Source: an uncultured Bdellovibrionales bacterium (GTDB taxonomy: Bacteria > Patescibacteriota > Minisyncoccia > Moranbacterales > UBA9337). Taken from it: a DNA stretch of 64,000 nucleotides. Positions 36,392 through 47,238 of the stretch are shown in pieces. The stretch's first letter is position 1. The number at the start of each line of letters is the position of its first letter. The stretch lies in the NCBI GenBank assembly GCA_964605525.1, contig CAZSCV010000003.1, positions 4,227-68,226 of the forward strand. Direction: 5' to 3'. Both the position numbers and the translations under genes were made by a program. The notes beneath the pieces were generated by a model. That model ran no database searches and was not told the DNA's origin. It saw only the letters and a program-made list of their open reading frames with translations.

Positions 36392-39300
36392 ATGGATAAT
36401 CAGAAAAAAAATAGTTTTCAATCGTCAGATTCTGCGTATTTGGAAAAGTTGGAATTCAGGCCTGAACTCAAAAAAACTTGGCTTAATTTTTTTGTTTCAA
36501 ATTTCCGAGTGGTTATTCTTTTGATAATTTTAATTTCCGGCTGGGGGATGTATTCTTTTTTGCAGTTGCCACGCGAGTCGAATCCGGAAGTGAAAATTGC
36601 TACTGCGATTATTAGTGCGTCATATCCCGGAGTGCCTCCTTCTGATATGGAAGAGCTTGTTACGAAGAAAATAGAAACCGCTATTTCTGGTGTAAGCGGA
36701 ATTAATAAAATCACATCCACTTCAGCAAATTCATCTTCAACCGTAGTGGTTGAATTTGATGCTGATCAAAATATCGACGAAGCAATTAGAAGATTGAGAG
36801 ATAAACTTCCGGCAATTAGAAATGATATTCCTGAGGATGCATCAGATCCGCAAGTAATGGAAATTTCACTGGACGACACCCCGATTGTAACTTTTGCTCT
36901 TGTTGGTCCGTATGATGGATTTACATTAAGAACATATGGAGAAAAAATTCAAGATGAATTGGAAAAAATTCCCGGAATCAGGGAAGTGAACATTTCCGGA
37001 GGAGATCAATCAGAGTTTGAAGTTGCTTATGATCCGCAAAAATTGGCACTTTATAATATTTCTGTTGAGCGGTCAAATCAAGAAATTTCCGCGGCAAATC
37101 ACGCGATTCCTGCTGGAAATTTTGAAGGGTCGGAATTCAATAATCCTGTTCGAGCTGATGGTCGATTTTATACCGCCAAGGATTTGGGTGAAATTCCGAT
37201 TTTTCATACCGAACAAGGAGCGGTGGTTTTCTTGAAAGATATTGCAGATGTTTCTGAGAAATCTATCGAGAAGACTATTTATTCACGTTTTTCTCTTGAT
37301 GGAAAAAAACCTCAAAATGCTATTACGCTGCAAGTTGTTAAGAGAACAGGCGGTTCAATTATTGAAACAGTAGACAGTGCGCAGAAAAAAATAGATCAAA
37401 TGATTAAAACTTTTCCGGCCGGAATTACATATGACGACACAATTAATCAGGCGGAGAATATCGGGAAAGATTTCAATCAACTGACTCACGACTTTTTATT
37501 AACGTTGTCTTTAGTGGTGGGAATTTTGTTTCTTGTTGTGGGATTAAAAGAAGCACTCGTGGCGGGAATTGCAATTCCGTTGGTTTTTTTCGTGACTTTC
37601 GGTGTGATGCAGGCAACGGGAACTTCTCTTAATTTTCTTTCGATTTTTGCATTGCTTCTTTCATTGGGTCTTCTGGTAGACGATGCTATTGTGGTGGTTT
37701 CTGCCACTAAGCAATATATGAAAACCGGAAAATTCACGCCGGAAGAAGCTGTTTTGCTGGTTCTTAATGATTTTAAAGTGGTTTTGGTTTCAACGACACT
37801 TGCCACTGTTTGGGCATTTTTACCTCTTTTAATGGCATCGGGAATAATAGGACAGTTTATCAAATCAATTCCTATTACCGTTTCTGTGACATTAATTTCA
37901 TCCCTTTTGATTGCTCTTGTTGTTAATCATCCTTTGGCGGCAGTACTTGAAAGGGTTAGGATGACAAAGAAATTATTTTGGCTTGTTTTTACTCTTGTTT
38001 TGGGATTGGGATTGTTAATAGTAGCGCGCCATTCGATTGGAGGATATGTATTCGCAGTATTTTTATTTGGTATTATAGTCCGGATGATTTTTTGGTATTT
38101 TAACAAGGGGGAAAATATTTTGCGGAAAAATGCAATTTTAGTTGAAAGAGAATGGGAGGATGATGAAAATATTAAACGGAAATTACTCTCTCAAGGAAAT
38201 CGGGAAGAGGCAACTTTTTTTGGAAAAATTATTCACGGAGTTATTCATTTTGATCGCGTTCTTCCAGTTTATGAAAAATATTTAAGAATGATTACGATGT
38301 CGCGAAAACGTAGGATTATCACCTTGCTTTCAGCAGTTATTCTTTTCCTTTTCGCAATAGCATTGCCAATTACCGGAGTTGTGAAAACTGAATTTTTTCC
38401 TGTATCGGATGGGGATGCTTTGTATTTGAGCATACGCGGACCGGTTGGTTTGAATTTAGATCAAACGGATGCAATTACTCAAGAAGTGGAAAAAAGATTG
38501 TTAAAAACTCCTGATATTGTGAATTTTTCTACAATCGTAGGTAATCCAGGATCAACTTCGAAAATCGGAGAAGGAGGATTGAATAATTCTAATACTGCCT
38601 CGATCACGATTAAACTCACAGATCCGGAAGATCGCAATATTAAGGCATATAATATTGCCGATGAAATTCGTCAATCTCTTGCTGATATTCAAGATGCGAC
38701 AATTACAGTTTCTACTCCTTCCGGCGGTCCTCCTTCCGGTAAAGCTTTTCAGGCACAAATAAGCGGAGAAAATTTGCAGACGCTGGATAAGATAGCTAAT
38801 GATTTAAAGCCACTAGTCGATTCTATTTCAGGAACAGTTAATTCGGATATTTCTCTTAAAGATGCACCGGCAGAATATACATTTATTCTTGATAGTGCAA
38901 AAATGGAATTGTATGATCTTAATACTGGCATTGTCGGATCTACTTTGCGTACGGCGATTTCAGGAACATCTGTGACAACAGTTATTCGTGAAAATAAAGA
39001 TGTAGAAGTGATCGCACGCTTTGCCAAGGATAAAATTCCAACTCTGGATGCTATCAGAAATTTGCAAATTTTGAATGCAAAAAATCAACCAGTTTTCATT
39101 AAGAATGTCGCGACCGTAAAATTAACTCCGTCAGTTGGTTCAATTTCACGCATCAATCAAAAACGGACAGTTTTATTGACGGCGGATGTGAGCGGAACCG
39201 CGAGTTCAACTGAAGTTGTTAAGGAATTTCAAAAAAAGATTGCAGAAGATTATTCGTTGCCGGAAGGATATGAAATAAGTTATGGAGGGGAAAATGAACA

Positions 39301-39802
39301 AAATACGGAATCCGTGCTTTCAATTATTCGCGCTATGGTTATTGCTATGATTTTGATTGTTTCAACGCTTGTGATTCAATTCAATTCATTTAAGAAGGCG
39401 ATTATTGTGCTCGTCACGCTTCCGTTGGCTCTTATTGGTGTTTTCTTTGGTATGGCTCTTTTGAAAGTGAATTTGAGTTTTCCCGGGCTTATTGGAATTC
39501 TTGCACTTTTCGGAATCGTAGTTAAAAATGCCATTATTTTGATTGATAAGATTAATCTTAATATTAAATCGGGAATTCCTTTTGATGAATCTGTCATTGA
39601 TGCGGGAAAATCCAGGCTCGAGGCGATTTTCATTACTTCAATCGTAACTATTGCTGGTATTATTCCAATCACGCTTTCCAATGAAACATGGACGGCTCTC
39701 GGTAGCGCTGTGATTTTCGGACTTTCCATATCATCATTCTTCACGCTGTTTATTGTCCCGACATTATATATGACATTTATCGATAAAAAAGAACGGTTTT
39801 AA
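36392..39802 (+). CDS. AcrB/AcrD/AcrF-family RND transporter
   Basis: GLLVDDAIVV, GIVVKNAIILID, two 6-TM halves. Confidence 0.93.
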   Translation: MDNQKKNSFQSSDSAYLEKLEFRPELKKTWLNFFVSNFRVVILLIILISGWGMYSFLQLPRESNPEVKIATAIISASYPGVPPSDMEELVTKKIETAISGVSGINKITSTSANSSSTVVVEFDADQNIDEAIRRLRDKLPAIRNDIPEDASDPQVMEISLDDTPIVTFALVGPYDGFTLRTYGEKIQDELEKIPGIREVNISGGDQSEFEVAYDPQKLALYNISVERSNQEISAANHAIPAGNFEGSEFNNPVRADGRFYTAKDLGEIPIFHTEQGAVVFLKDIADVSEKSIEKTIYSRFSLDGKKPQNAITLQVVKRTGGSIIETVDSAQKKIDQMIKTFPAGITYDDTINQAENIGKDFNQLTHDFLLTLSLVVGILFLVVGLKEALVAGIAIPLVFFVTFGVMQATGTSLNFLSIFALLLSLGLLVDDAIVVVSATKQYMKTGKFTPEEAVLLVLNDFKVVLVSTTLATVWAFLPLLMASGIIGQFIKSIPITVSVTLISSLLIALVVNHPLAAVLERVRMTKKLFWLVFTLVLGLGLLIVARHSIGGYVFAVFLFGIIVRMIFWYFNKGENILRKNAILVEREWEDDENIKRKLLSQGNREEATFFGKIIHGVIHFDRVLPVYEKYLRMITMSRKRRIITLLSAVILFLFAIALPITGVVKTEFFPVSDGDALYLSIRGPVGLNLDQTDAITQEVEKRLLKTPDIVNFSTIVGNPGSTSKIGEGGLNNSNTASITIKLTDPEDRNIKAYNIADEIRQSLADIQDATITVSTPSGGPPSGKAFQAQISGENLQTLDKIANDLKPLVDSISGTVNSDISLKDAPAEYTFILDSAKMELYDLNTGIVGSTLRTAISGTSVTTVIRENKDVEVIARFAKDKIPTLDAIRNLQILNAKNQPVFIKNVATVKLTPSVGSISRINQKRTVLLTADVSGTASSTEVVKEFQKKIAEDYSLPEGYEISYGGENEQNTESVLSIIRAMVIAMILIVSTLVIQFNSFKKAIIVLVTLPLALIGVFFGMALLKVNLSFPGLIGILALFGIVVKNAIILIDKINLNIKSGIPFDESVIDAGKSRLEAIFITSIVTIAGIIPITLSNETWTALGSAVIFGLSISSFFTLFIVPTLYMTFIDKKERF

Positions 39803-39888
39803 TATCCAAACTGGTAGATGTATATCCGCCGAAGTATGCTATAATGGCAACACTCAAATAAAATTGAAATTACAATAAAAAAATAAAA

Positions 39889-42800
39889 ATGATTAAAATT
39901 AAGGATAGATTTTTAATCCTCATATTCCTGATGGTTGCTTGTGGATTAATATTCGGAACGAAAGCGAGTGCTGAAGTTAAAATACTGTCGGACTCACGTC
40001 ATGCCTACACTACTATTGTCAGCACTATAAATATGTTGCTTGGCGTTGGGCATGTTGGTACGGATGTGATAGTTCACAGTACTAATATGGGTACCTTGGG
40101 ACCATTTTCCACATCTTCTTCTATCGCCCTTAATTCATCCACGAATTATTATAATGAATCTGGAAATTTGGTGCCTTCGCAAGCCCCTTATCAACTGTTT
40201 ACAACTTCAGCAACAAACTATATTGGAGACACTGCTTCAGAATATGACTTATCGATTTCTAATGATTTGGCTCATAATTATGCTTATAGTGCGGCACTAC
40301 CGCAAAGTACTTTTCCCCCGATATTTCATATGGCTCCAGGAAGGGAGGGTGGTACTACGGGTTATGGAGTTGAGTGGAGATTGGATTGCACTGTGTTTAG
40401 TTGCAGTTCATTGTCCGGAATAACAGCTGCCAATGCCGGATTAATGGCATCCCTTCGTTATCTTCATCCTACTTGGAATTGGTTTGATGTGAAAGCGGCA
40501 TTGCGTCAGACTGGTACAAACTGGAACACTGGTTATGATCGCAATGCTTTTGGATTCGGACAAATTGATTATCACGAAGCTGATATTTTGGAAGATGATC
40601 AAATATTTTTGCAACCTCCGGTAGCAAAAATAGATACTGTATATACACAGTCTATAAGATTTCAGCTTTATCCTTTCAAACAAACACGCAGAGTCAAAGA
40701 TGTATTATTTCAATTTTCTTCAGCTCCGTCTTTTTATGGAGATGAATTGACGCTTGCTGAGTTAGAGATGTTGGGTGGCACTAAAATTACGGAATATTCT
40801 GGCGATGTTTCCCGAATGATTCAACCTTTGGATATTGCAGTAGTGAATGCTTATTTTGTTTGGTTGACGGCTGATAATATTGATGATGATTTGGCGAATT
40901 TTTCTCGCATTGATACTTATGGAATTTTAGGACCTTTGAGTCAATCTTCGGTGCGGATTGGAGGTGCATTTTCGGAAATTTCGGATGCAAACAGTGTAAC
41001 TGATGTTTTGGTGGACGAACAAAATGGAAAAATATATACCGTTGAGCGAACAGTAGATGGTAATGGTAGTATCGTTCGTATGGATGAAGGAGTGGATGGT
41101 TCTGTGTTTGGTGCCAATCCTTCAGATTTTTCGCAAATCGTATTAAGAACTCCTTCTCAAGCGGTACTGGATAGCATTAATAATAAGGTATATATTACCG
41201 ATTCTGGTAATAGTCGAATTGTTAGTGTGAATAGTGGTACGGGTGGCACGGTTTTTGGTGAAAATTGGGAATCTTTCGGTTCGGAGGGTTCTGGAGATGG
41301 TCAAGTTAGTTATCCTTTCGGAATTTCCGTAGACGGTGCTAATAATCGGTTATATGTTGCGGATGTTAATAATAGCCGAATTGTCAGTATGGATAGCGGT
41401 ACGGGTGGCACGGTTTTTGGTGAAAACTGGGAATCTTTTGGCTCAGAGGGTTCTGGAATTAATCAATTCTTGTATGCTTCTGGAATTTTTGTTGATAGTG
41501 CTAATAGTAAGGTTTATGTGAGTGATTATGGTAATAATCGCATTGTCAGTGTGGATAGTGGAGAAGGTGCTACTACATTAGGAGGAAACTGGAATGAATT
41601 TGGTACATATGGTTCAGGGGTTGGACAATTTGATATTCCAGATGGAATATATGTAGATACTTTCAATAATAAGATATATGTTTCTGATTTTTTTAATACT
41701 CGCATTGTTAGTATGGATAGTGGCGGCGGTGGCACTACGATGGGGAGTAATTGGAAGGAATTTGGTGATTCCGGCGTAGGAGCGGGTCAATTTTTGGCAC
41801 CTAGCGGTATTTTTTCTGATAGGGTTAATAATAAATTGTATATTGTTGATTCTTCATCTAACCGTGTGGTAAAAATTGACAGTGGTGAAGGGGGCACTGT
41901 CTTGGGTGGTAATTGGCAAGTTTTTGGAAGTTCAGGATCGGGAAGTGAACAGTTCAACAGTCCATTTTATATTTTCGGTGATAATGTCAATAATAGAATT
42001 TATGTCGGTGATTCAGGTAATGATCGTATTGTTGGAATAGATTCCGGAGAGGGTGGTACTGTGCTGGGAGAAAATTACGCATCAATTCCAATTGCGCCAT
42101 TTGGAGTGTCTAATCAAGTCGCATTGGACAATGAAAATAATAAATTGTATGTGGCTGATAGCGGAAATGATAATATTATGAAGATAGATAGTGGAGGAGG
42201 AGAAACTACCTTGGGCAATGTATTGGAGACATTCGGTGAGCATGGTTCACCAGAAGAAGGATTGTTTTTAGAACCTGATGGTATCGTGGCAGATAGTGTT
42301 AGTAATCGGTTATATGTTGCTGATTCCGGACATGATCGTATTATCAGTATGGATAGCGGAGAAAGCGGGACCGTTCTTGGAGAGAATTTGCAATTATTTG
42401 GCGTGCTTGGATCGGGAGTAGGACAATTTAATAATCCTACTGGAATTGCTGTGGATAATTCGAACGATAAAATATATATAGTCGATAATAGTAACCATCG
42501 CATCGTCAGTATGGATAATGGAGAAAATGGAACTGTTTTAGGTGAAAATTGGCAATCTTTCGGATCACTTGGATCAGGATCTGATCAATTTCGATTTCCG
42601 GAAGACATATTCTTTAGCGATGACAAACTATATGTAGCCGATACTGATAATAATCGCATCGTTATCATTGATAGTGGCAGTGATTTCACGAGTTTCGGTG
42701 CTAATTTCAATTCTTTTGGTGTATATGGTGATGGAAGTAGTGAAGGACAATTTAATAATCCGACTAGCGTTTCTGTGGATGCGCAAAAAAAAATTATCTA

Positions 42801-44997
42801 TGTTGTTGATTCAGGTAATGGACGTATTGTGCAGATTATTCCTCCAATTATGATTATTGGTCAGAGCCAGAATGATTATACATTGCAAAACCAGGTTATC
42901 GATTGTTCGGCGGATGAGGAAGTGGGAGTTTATGTTCAGTCGGGATTAGAAGGGACGAATTTTAATAATGTGACTTTTCTTAATTGCGGTATTAGCGCTA
43001 TATTACTCAGAAGTGAACTTTCTCAATCTAATAATTTATTGTTTGTCAATAATGCAAGTGCGGTTCAAGATGAGGTTGGTGGGTATACTTGCACCAATTG
43101 TTTTGATGACTCGGAGGATGGCGAATCTAATGTTCTTGCTTCAGGACAGCCTGATTGGAATTCTCCAGCCATAGACACTGGTATTACTGTTGTAGGAAGG
43201 GATGTTGATTATGCCGGAAATTCTATTTATGGCACTCCCGATATCGGAGCCTATGAATACCAACCGCCATATGAAATGGGAACGGACGAAGTGGATATTT
43301 CCGCCAATGTTCGGATTTATGGGGATGGGAAATTTCGAAACACTGAAACGGCCAGTGGAATTACGGCTAGCCTTTCTATTATTCCGCAGGGAAGCGGGAC
43401 AGAGAAATGGCTGGATATTACCAAGGCTGATGACGAAGAAGCGATTATTTGGGAAGCTAACCGCAAAAAATGGAAAGAATCTTCCACTACTCTCGGAGAA
43501 AATAGTACACTTCATACAATTGAAGATTTAACTGCGGGAAAATCATACACTCTTGCTATTGATGGTTCGTTAGTAAGCGAAGATCCGATGACTGGAAATA
43601 TTACCAGCTCTGATTGTATTGATAGTGCCTGCGTTGCTGATGATACTGGAGAAATCACCTTTAATTATATAGGAGGTTATTCCGATCACACATTTGAATT
43701 GACAGATAATGTTGCTCCAGTGATTACTGTTACTTCTCCCGTATCAGGAAGCGCTGTTTCGGCTGATGATACTATAACTTTCACCGATTCCGAAACCACT
43801 GATCCGGAGTGTTCCATAGACAATTCCAATTGGGTCAATTGCGTTAGTACTGTAACCAGTTTTTCCGACCTCACCAACTGGGATGACATCGCAGAAAGTG
43901 ATACCTTCACTTTGTATATGCGAGATACGGATGCTTCCAGTAATACCGGAACAACAAATGTTTCCAATCTCACCAAAGCCGACACCCAAGCCCCGGTGCG
44001 CTCGGAAGGTTTGCCTAGCAGTGAATTATCTTCCGGCACAACTTCCACAACATTAAGCCTCACTACCAGCGAAACAGCCACTTGTAAATATTCCAACACC
44101 CCCGGTACCGCTTATGCCGATATGACCGAATTATTTACAACGGAAGATGGCATTATTCATACCAAAGATATTTCCAATCTTTCCGATGGTAGTTCATACA
44201 GCTATTATGTGAGATGTCAGGATTTATCCGAAAATGCTAACGACACCGATTATCTTATTAGTTTTTCAGTAGCCAGTCCGCAAGATGTCGAAGAAGATAC
44301 TGATGAAGAAAAGGATCTTGATATTCATGGTGTTAAGGCGGAATCTACGGAAAATTCTATTACAATAACCTGGAAAACCGACCATAACACCAAATCAAGT
44401 ATTCGATATGGAGTAGATAGGAATCTCAAGGAAAAGAAAAAGGACAATAGTAAAGAGAAAAAACATAAAATCGTTATTGATGGATTGCAGTCAAATGTAA
44501 AATATTATTTCCGCATAAAAGCCACGGATAGCAACGACAATGAAGATTCAAGTAAAATTCATTCAATAATGACTAAAGCTACTCAAATTTCAATTACAAA
44601 TCAAAGTCAGGATGAAAATACAAGCCAGTCTTCAGCAGAGAACACGAATGAGTCAGTATATTCCGATAATTCAACTCCCAATATCTGCTCATACACAATC
44701 CAATCCGGCGACACTCTTTGGTCAATTGCCAAACAAGTCTATGGCGATGCTACTCAATACCAAAAAATCATTGAGAAAAACCAAGACAAATATCCCGATA
44801 TTGAAACAAAATTATCCATTGGGCAGGAATTATCTTTCGGTTGCGAAAACGATGATTCGAAAAATGACATAGAAAAGAATCTGGAATTAAGTGTGCCTAA
44901 TAACAATATTGAACCGCAACCCCAAATTAAAACAGAACCTAAGAATAATTCTTCTGAAAAAGTATTCAAGTGGTGGAATCCGTTTAGCTGGTTTTGA
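39889..44997 (+). CDS. Large secreted multidomain protein (S8-like fragment, NHL repeats, FN3-like, LysM)
   Basis: Signal peptide; HPTW..VKAALRQT; repeated YVAD..N.RI; DIGAYEY; YTIQSGDTLWSIA. Confidence 0.85.
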   Translation: MIKIKDRFLILIFLMVACGLIFGTKASAEVKILSDSRHAYTTIVSTINMLLGVGHVGTDVIVHSTNMGTLGPFSTSSSIALNSSTNYYNESGNLVPSQAPYQLFTTSATNYIGDTASEYDLSISNDLAHNYAYSAALPQSTFPPIFHMAPGREGGTTGYGVEWRLDCTVFSCSSLSGITAANAGLMASLRYLHPTWNWFDVKAALRQTGTNWNTGYDRNAFGFGQIDYHEADILEDDQIFLQPPVAKIDTVYTQSIRFQLYPFKQTRRVKDVLFQFSSAPSFYGDELTLAELEMLGGTKITEYSGDVSRMIQPLDIAVVNAYFVWLTADNIDDDLANFSRIDTYGILGPLSQSSVRIGGAFSEISDANSVTDVLVDEQNGKIYTVERTVDGNGSIVRMDEGVDGSVFGANPSDFSQIVLRTPSQAVLDSINNKVYITDSGNSRIVSVNSGTGGTVFGENWESFGSEGSGDGQVSYPFGISVDGANNRLYVADVNNSRIVSMDSGTGGTVFGENWESFGSEGSGINQFLYASGIFVDSANSKVYVSDYGNNRIVSVDSGEGATTLGGNWNEFGTYGSGVGQFDIPDGIYVDTFNNKIYVSDFFNTRIVSMDSGGGGTTMGSNWKEFGDSGVGAGQFLAPSGIFSDRVNNKLYIVDSSSNRVVKIDSGEGGTVLGGNWQVFGSSGSGSEQFNSPFYIFGDNVNNRIYVGDSGNDRIVGIDSGEGGTVLGENYASIPIAPFGVSNQVALDNENNKLYVADSGNDNIMKIDSGGGETTLGNVLETFGEHGSPEEGLFLEPDGIVADSVSNRLYVADSGHDRIISMDSGESGTVLGENLQLFGVLGSGVGQFNNPTGIAVDNSNDKIYIVDNSNHRIVSMDNGENGTVLGENWQSFGSLGSGSDQFRFPEDIFFSDDKLYVADTDNNRIVIIDSGSDFTSFGANFNSFGVYGDGSSEGQFNNPTSVSVDAQKKIIYVVDSGNGRIVQIIPPIMIIGQSQNDYTLQNQVIDCSADEEVGVYVQSGLEGTNFNNVTFLNCGISAILLRSELSQSNNLLFVNNASAVQDEVGGYTCTNCFDDSEDGESNVLASGQPDWNSPAIDTGITVVGRDVDYAGNSIYGTPDIGAYEYQPPYEMGTDEVDISANVRIYGDGKFRNTETASGITASLSIIPQGSGTEKWLDITKADDEEAIIWEANRKKWKESSTTLGENSTLHTIEDLTAGKSYTLAIDGSLVSEDPMTGNITSSDCIDSACVADDTGEITFNYIGGYSDHTFELTDNVAPVITVTSPVSGSAVSADDTITFTDSETTDPECSIDNSNWVNCVSTVTSFSDLTNWDDIAESDTFTLYMRDTDASSNTGTTNVSNLTKADTQAPVRSEGLPSSELSSGTTSTTLSLTTSETATCKYSNTPGTAYADMTELFTTEDGIIHTKDISNLSDGSSYSYYVRCQDLSENANDTDYLISFSVASPQDVEEDTDEEKDLDIHGVKAESTENSITITWKTDHNTKSSIRYGVDRNLKEKKKDNSKEKKHKIVIDGLQSNVKYYFRIKATDSNDNEDSSKIHSIMTKATQISITNQSQDENTSQSSAENTNESVYSDNSTPNICSYTIQSGDTLWSIAKQVYGDATQYQKIIEKNQDKYPDIETKLSIGQELSFGCENDDSKNDIEKNLELSVPNNNIEPQPQIKTEPKNNSSEKVFKWWNPFSWF

Positions 44998-45064
44998 TTT
45001 TTCTGATTTTTTTTAAATTAGAAAAATCTATGCAATGGAGTGATAATGTGATATACTGCACAAT

Positions 45065-45334
45065 ATGGAAACAGTGATGAAAGCAGACATTTTCTTTTTT
45101 ATTTCTTCTGTCGCGTCAATAATTTTGGCAGTGTTGTTTTCTGTTTTCTTGTTTTATCTCATTAAGGCGGGCAAGAATTTTTATTTGATTTCGGAAAAAT
45201 TACTGATTCATTTCAAAGCATCGGAAGAATTTGTCGCTGAAGTAAAAGAAAGGCTTGAGGCGAATCTGATTTTCCGCTTGTTTTTTCCTCCGGCACGGAA
45301 AAGGAGTTCTGGTAAGAAAAAAGAGGAAAAATAA
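45065..45334 (+). CDS. Small membrane protein
   Basis: One TM; TG-TATACT -10 just upstream. Confidence 0.65.
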   Translation: METVMKADIFFFISSVASIILAVLFSVFLFYLIKAGKNFYLISEKLLIHFKASEEFVAEVKERLEANLIFRLFFPPARKRSSGKKKEEK

Positions 45335-45368
45335 AATAACAAAATAATAATTTTTTAAAATAAAAAAT

Positions 45369-45773
45369 ATGCAAAAGAAAAAGAGTGATTTGAAAGTGGC
45401 AGGATTGGCAGTGATTGGCGCAAGTTTGGCCGCTATCGCGGCGACAGCCTATTTCCTTTTTGGGCCAAAAGGAAAAAAACACAGACAACAAGCGAAATCA
45501 TGGGCTATCAAAATGAAAGGGGAGGTTATTGAGAAATTTGAAAAGGCGCGCGAAATTACCGAACCGGTTTATCAAGAGATTATTGATACCGTGGCAAGTG
45601 AATACAAAAAAGGAAAAAAAGCGAGTCAGCCGGAAATTGAAGCGTTGGCAGTTGATCTTAAAAAACACTGGAAGTCGATGAGCAAGTTGGCATCTTCCGC
45701 TAAGCAGAAAATATCCAAAGATGCTTCACGAGTGGCCAAAACAATCAAGAAAACAGTCAACAAGGAAAAATAA
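45369..45773 (+). CDS. YtxH-like membrane-anchored protein
   Basis: N-terminal TM, YFLFGP.GKK.R, coiled coil. Confidence 0.65.
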   Translation: MQKKKSDLKVAGLAVIGASLAAIAATAYFLFGPKGKKHRQQAKSWAIKMKGEVIEKFEKAREITEPVYQEIIDTVASEYKKGKKASQPEIEALAVDLKKHWKSMSKLASSAKQKISKDASRVAKTIKKTVNKEK

Positions 45774-45796
45774 TTCAAAAGGCAATAGATAAAAAT

Positions 45797-46024
45797 ATGT
45801 ATAATTTTAATCCGCTTATTCATTTGTTTGCTCCGGTTTTTCCACTGCTTTTATTGTGGAGCATTTTTTGGAAAGGCTTGGCGCTTTGGCATTCAGGAAG
45901 AAGAGGGCAGGAGTGGTGGTTCGCGATTCTTCTGGTTGTAAATACGATTGGAATCTTGGAAATCATCTATCTTTTCTCTATCATCAAACTGAAACCGGCA
46001 GAGCTTTTCAGTAAGAAAATATAA
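45797..46024 (+). CDS. DUF5652-like membrane protein
   Basis: WKGLALW, WF..LLVVNT.GILEIIY. Confidence 0.75.
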   Translation: MYNFNPLIHLFAPVFPLLLLWSIFWKGLALWHSGRRGQEWWFAILLVVNTIGILEIIYLFSIIKLKPAELFSKKI

Positions 46025-46044
46025 AAAAAACAATTTCACGGGCA

Positions 46045-46073
46045 AAAAAATACGCAAAATTTGCGTATTTTTT
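46045..46073. terminator. Bidirectional terminator-like hairpin
   Basis: AAAAAATACGCAAA-A-TTTGCGTATTTTTT. Confidence 0.6.
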
Positions 46074-46138
46074 GTTGCTTTGAAGTCTGAAAAAAACAGA
46101 AAACCCACCAGAATGGAGGGTTCTCCATTGGCGGGCTG

Positions 46139-46612
46139 TTATTTAATGGGATACAAAAGATTATCTTTTGGTGTGCCAATATAGACATGATGATTGGGAA
46201 CATCTTTATTAACGAGTGCTCCTGCACCAATGATGGCTCCTTTGCCAATCTTTATGCCTGGCATAATAATGCTACCGGCTCCGATCCATGCTCCGTCTTC
46301 GATAATAATTCTTTTGAAGACGTCTTTATGGCTTATGCCATTATCTTTTGAAAAATCATGGGTAACGCCCGGGATGCAGCAGTTCATGGCAATTTGAACA
46401 TCGCTCCCGATGATGGCATTTTCAATATAGGTGCCAGCGTTGATGTCGCTACCTTCACCAATTACAGATTTTTTTATTGAGATTCTCTCAAGAATCAGGC
46501 AGTTATCCCCGATGACAGAGTCATGAATCGTACAAAACTCACAAACGCGAGTGCCACTACCTATTTTTGAATTTAAAATTCGAGCCGTTTCATCTATTAG
46601 TTTTTTGCTCAT
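46139..46612 (-). CDS. Hexapeptide-repeat acyltransferase
   Basis: IG..x hexapeptide repeats, WIGAG..I.PG..IG.GAIIGAG, G.P. Confidence 0.88.
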   Translation of the reverse strand: MSKKLIDETARILNSKIGSGTRVCEFCTIHDSVIGDNCLILERISIKKSVIGEGSDINAGTYIENAIIGSDVQIAMNCCIPGVTHDFSKDNGISHKDVFKRIIIEDGAWIGAGSIIMPGIKIGKGAIIGAGALVNKDVPNHHVYIGTPKDNLLYPIK

Positions 46613-46812
46613 AAGATATCTCCTTTTCTCTTAGGATTAGTGATAAAAAGTGATAGTTGATAAATATTCTTTTGTTAAAAAACTGATTAGGTAGTATATA
46701 AAAATATCAGACCTGTGTCAATTTTTTCTAGTCTCGATTTTTCTAAATCACTAATATCGGAATTTAAGAGAATTTTTTGCTTTTTGGAATAAATTCAAAT
46801 TTTGTGTTTTTT

Positions 46813-47115
46813 TTAATTCCATATCAAAAGAAATTCGCATCCTTCGGAACCTGCCTTGAGAAAATGCTTGGAACCTTTTTCATTTATAAGCAGATCTCCT
46901 TTTTGATACGTTTGATTTTCATCAGACATACTTCCTTTTAAAATATAGTTATATCTTGTGTCTGTGTGATTATGCAATGGAATTTTCTTATTCGGCTTAA
47001 TTTTTAAAATGGAAAAATTCAATCCATTTTTATTCGTAACACATTGTTTTTCAAAAACATCTTTCTGTATTTCTTCCCATTTAATGGTTGTTGTTTTTAC
47101 ATATTTGTCACTCAT
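46813..47115 (-). CDS. Cupin domain protein
   Basis: PLHNH...Y.LKG, GD....GSKH. Confidence 0.8.
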   Translation of the reverse strand: MSDKYVKTTTIKWEEIQKDVFEKQCVTNKNGLNFSILKIKPNKKIPLHNHTDTRYNYILKGSMSDENQTYQKGDLLINEKGSKHFLKAGSEGCEFLLIWN

Positions 47116-47179
47116 TTTTTTGTAAATTTATTTATTACTCGCTTACCATACTACGATTTAATCATAAAAACAAGACTAG

Positions 47180-47224
47180 AAATAAAAGGGGTCAAAATAA
47201 AAGGGGTCAAGCACCTTTTTTGTT
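47180..47224. repeat. AAAGGGGTCA..ACCTTTTTTGTT repeat with 15-bp tandem duplication
   Basis: (AAATAAAAGGGGTCA)x2 AGCACCTTTTTTGTT; related copy at 51795-51823. Confidence 0.7.
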
Positions 47225-47238
47225 AAATAGATCGCAAG

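Noticed and set aside
41150-42830. Periodic DNA repeats as DGR template/variable repeats or a non-coding array
   Set aside because: Explained by coding NHL repeats; differences are mostly synonymous, not adenine-specific; no reverse transcriptase in the window
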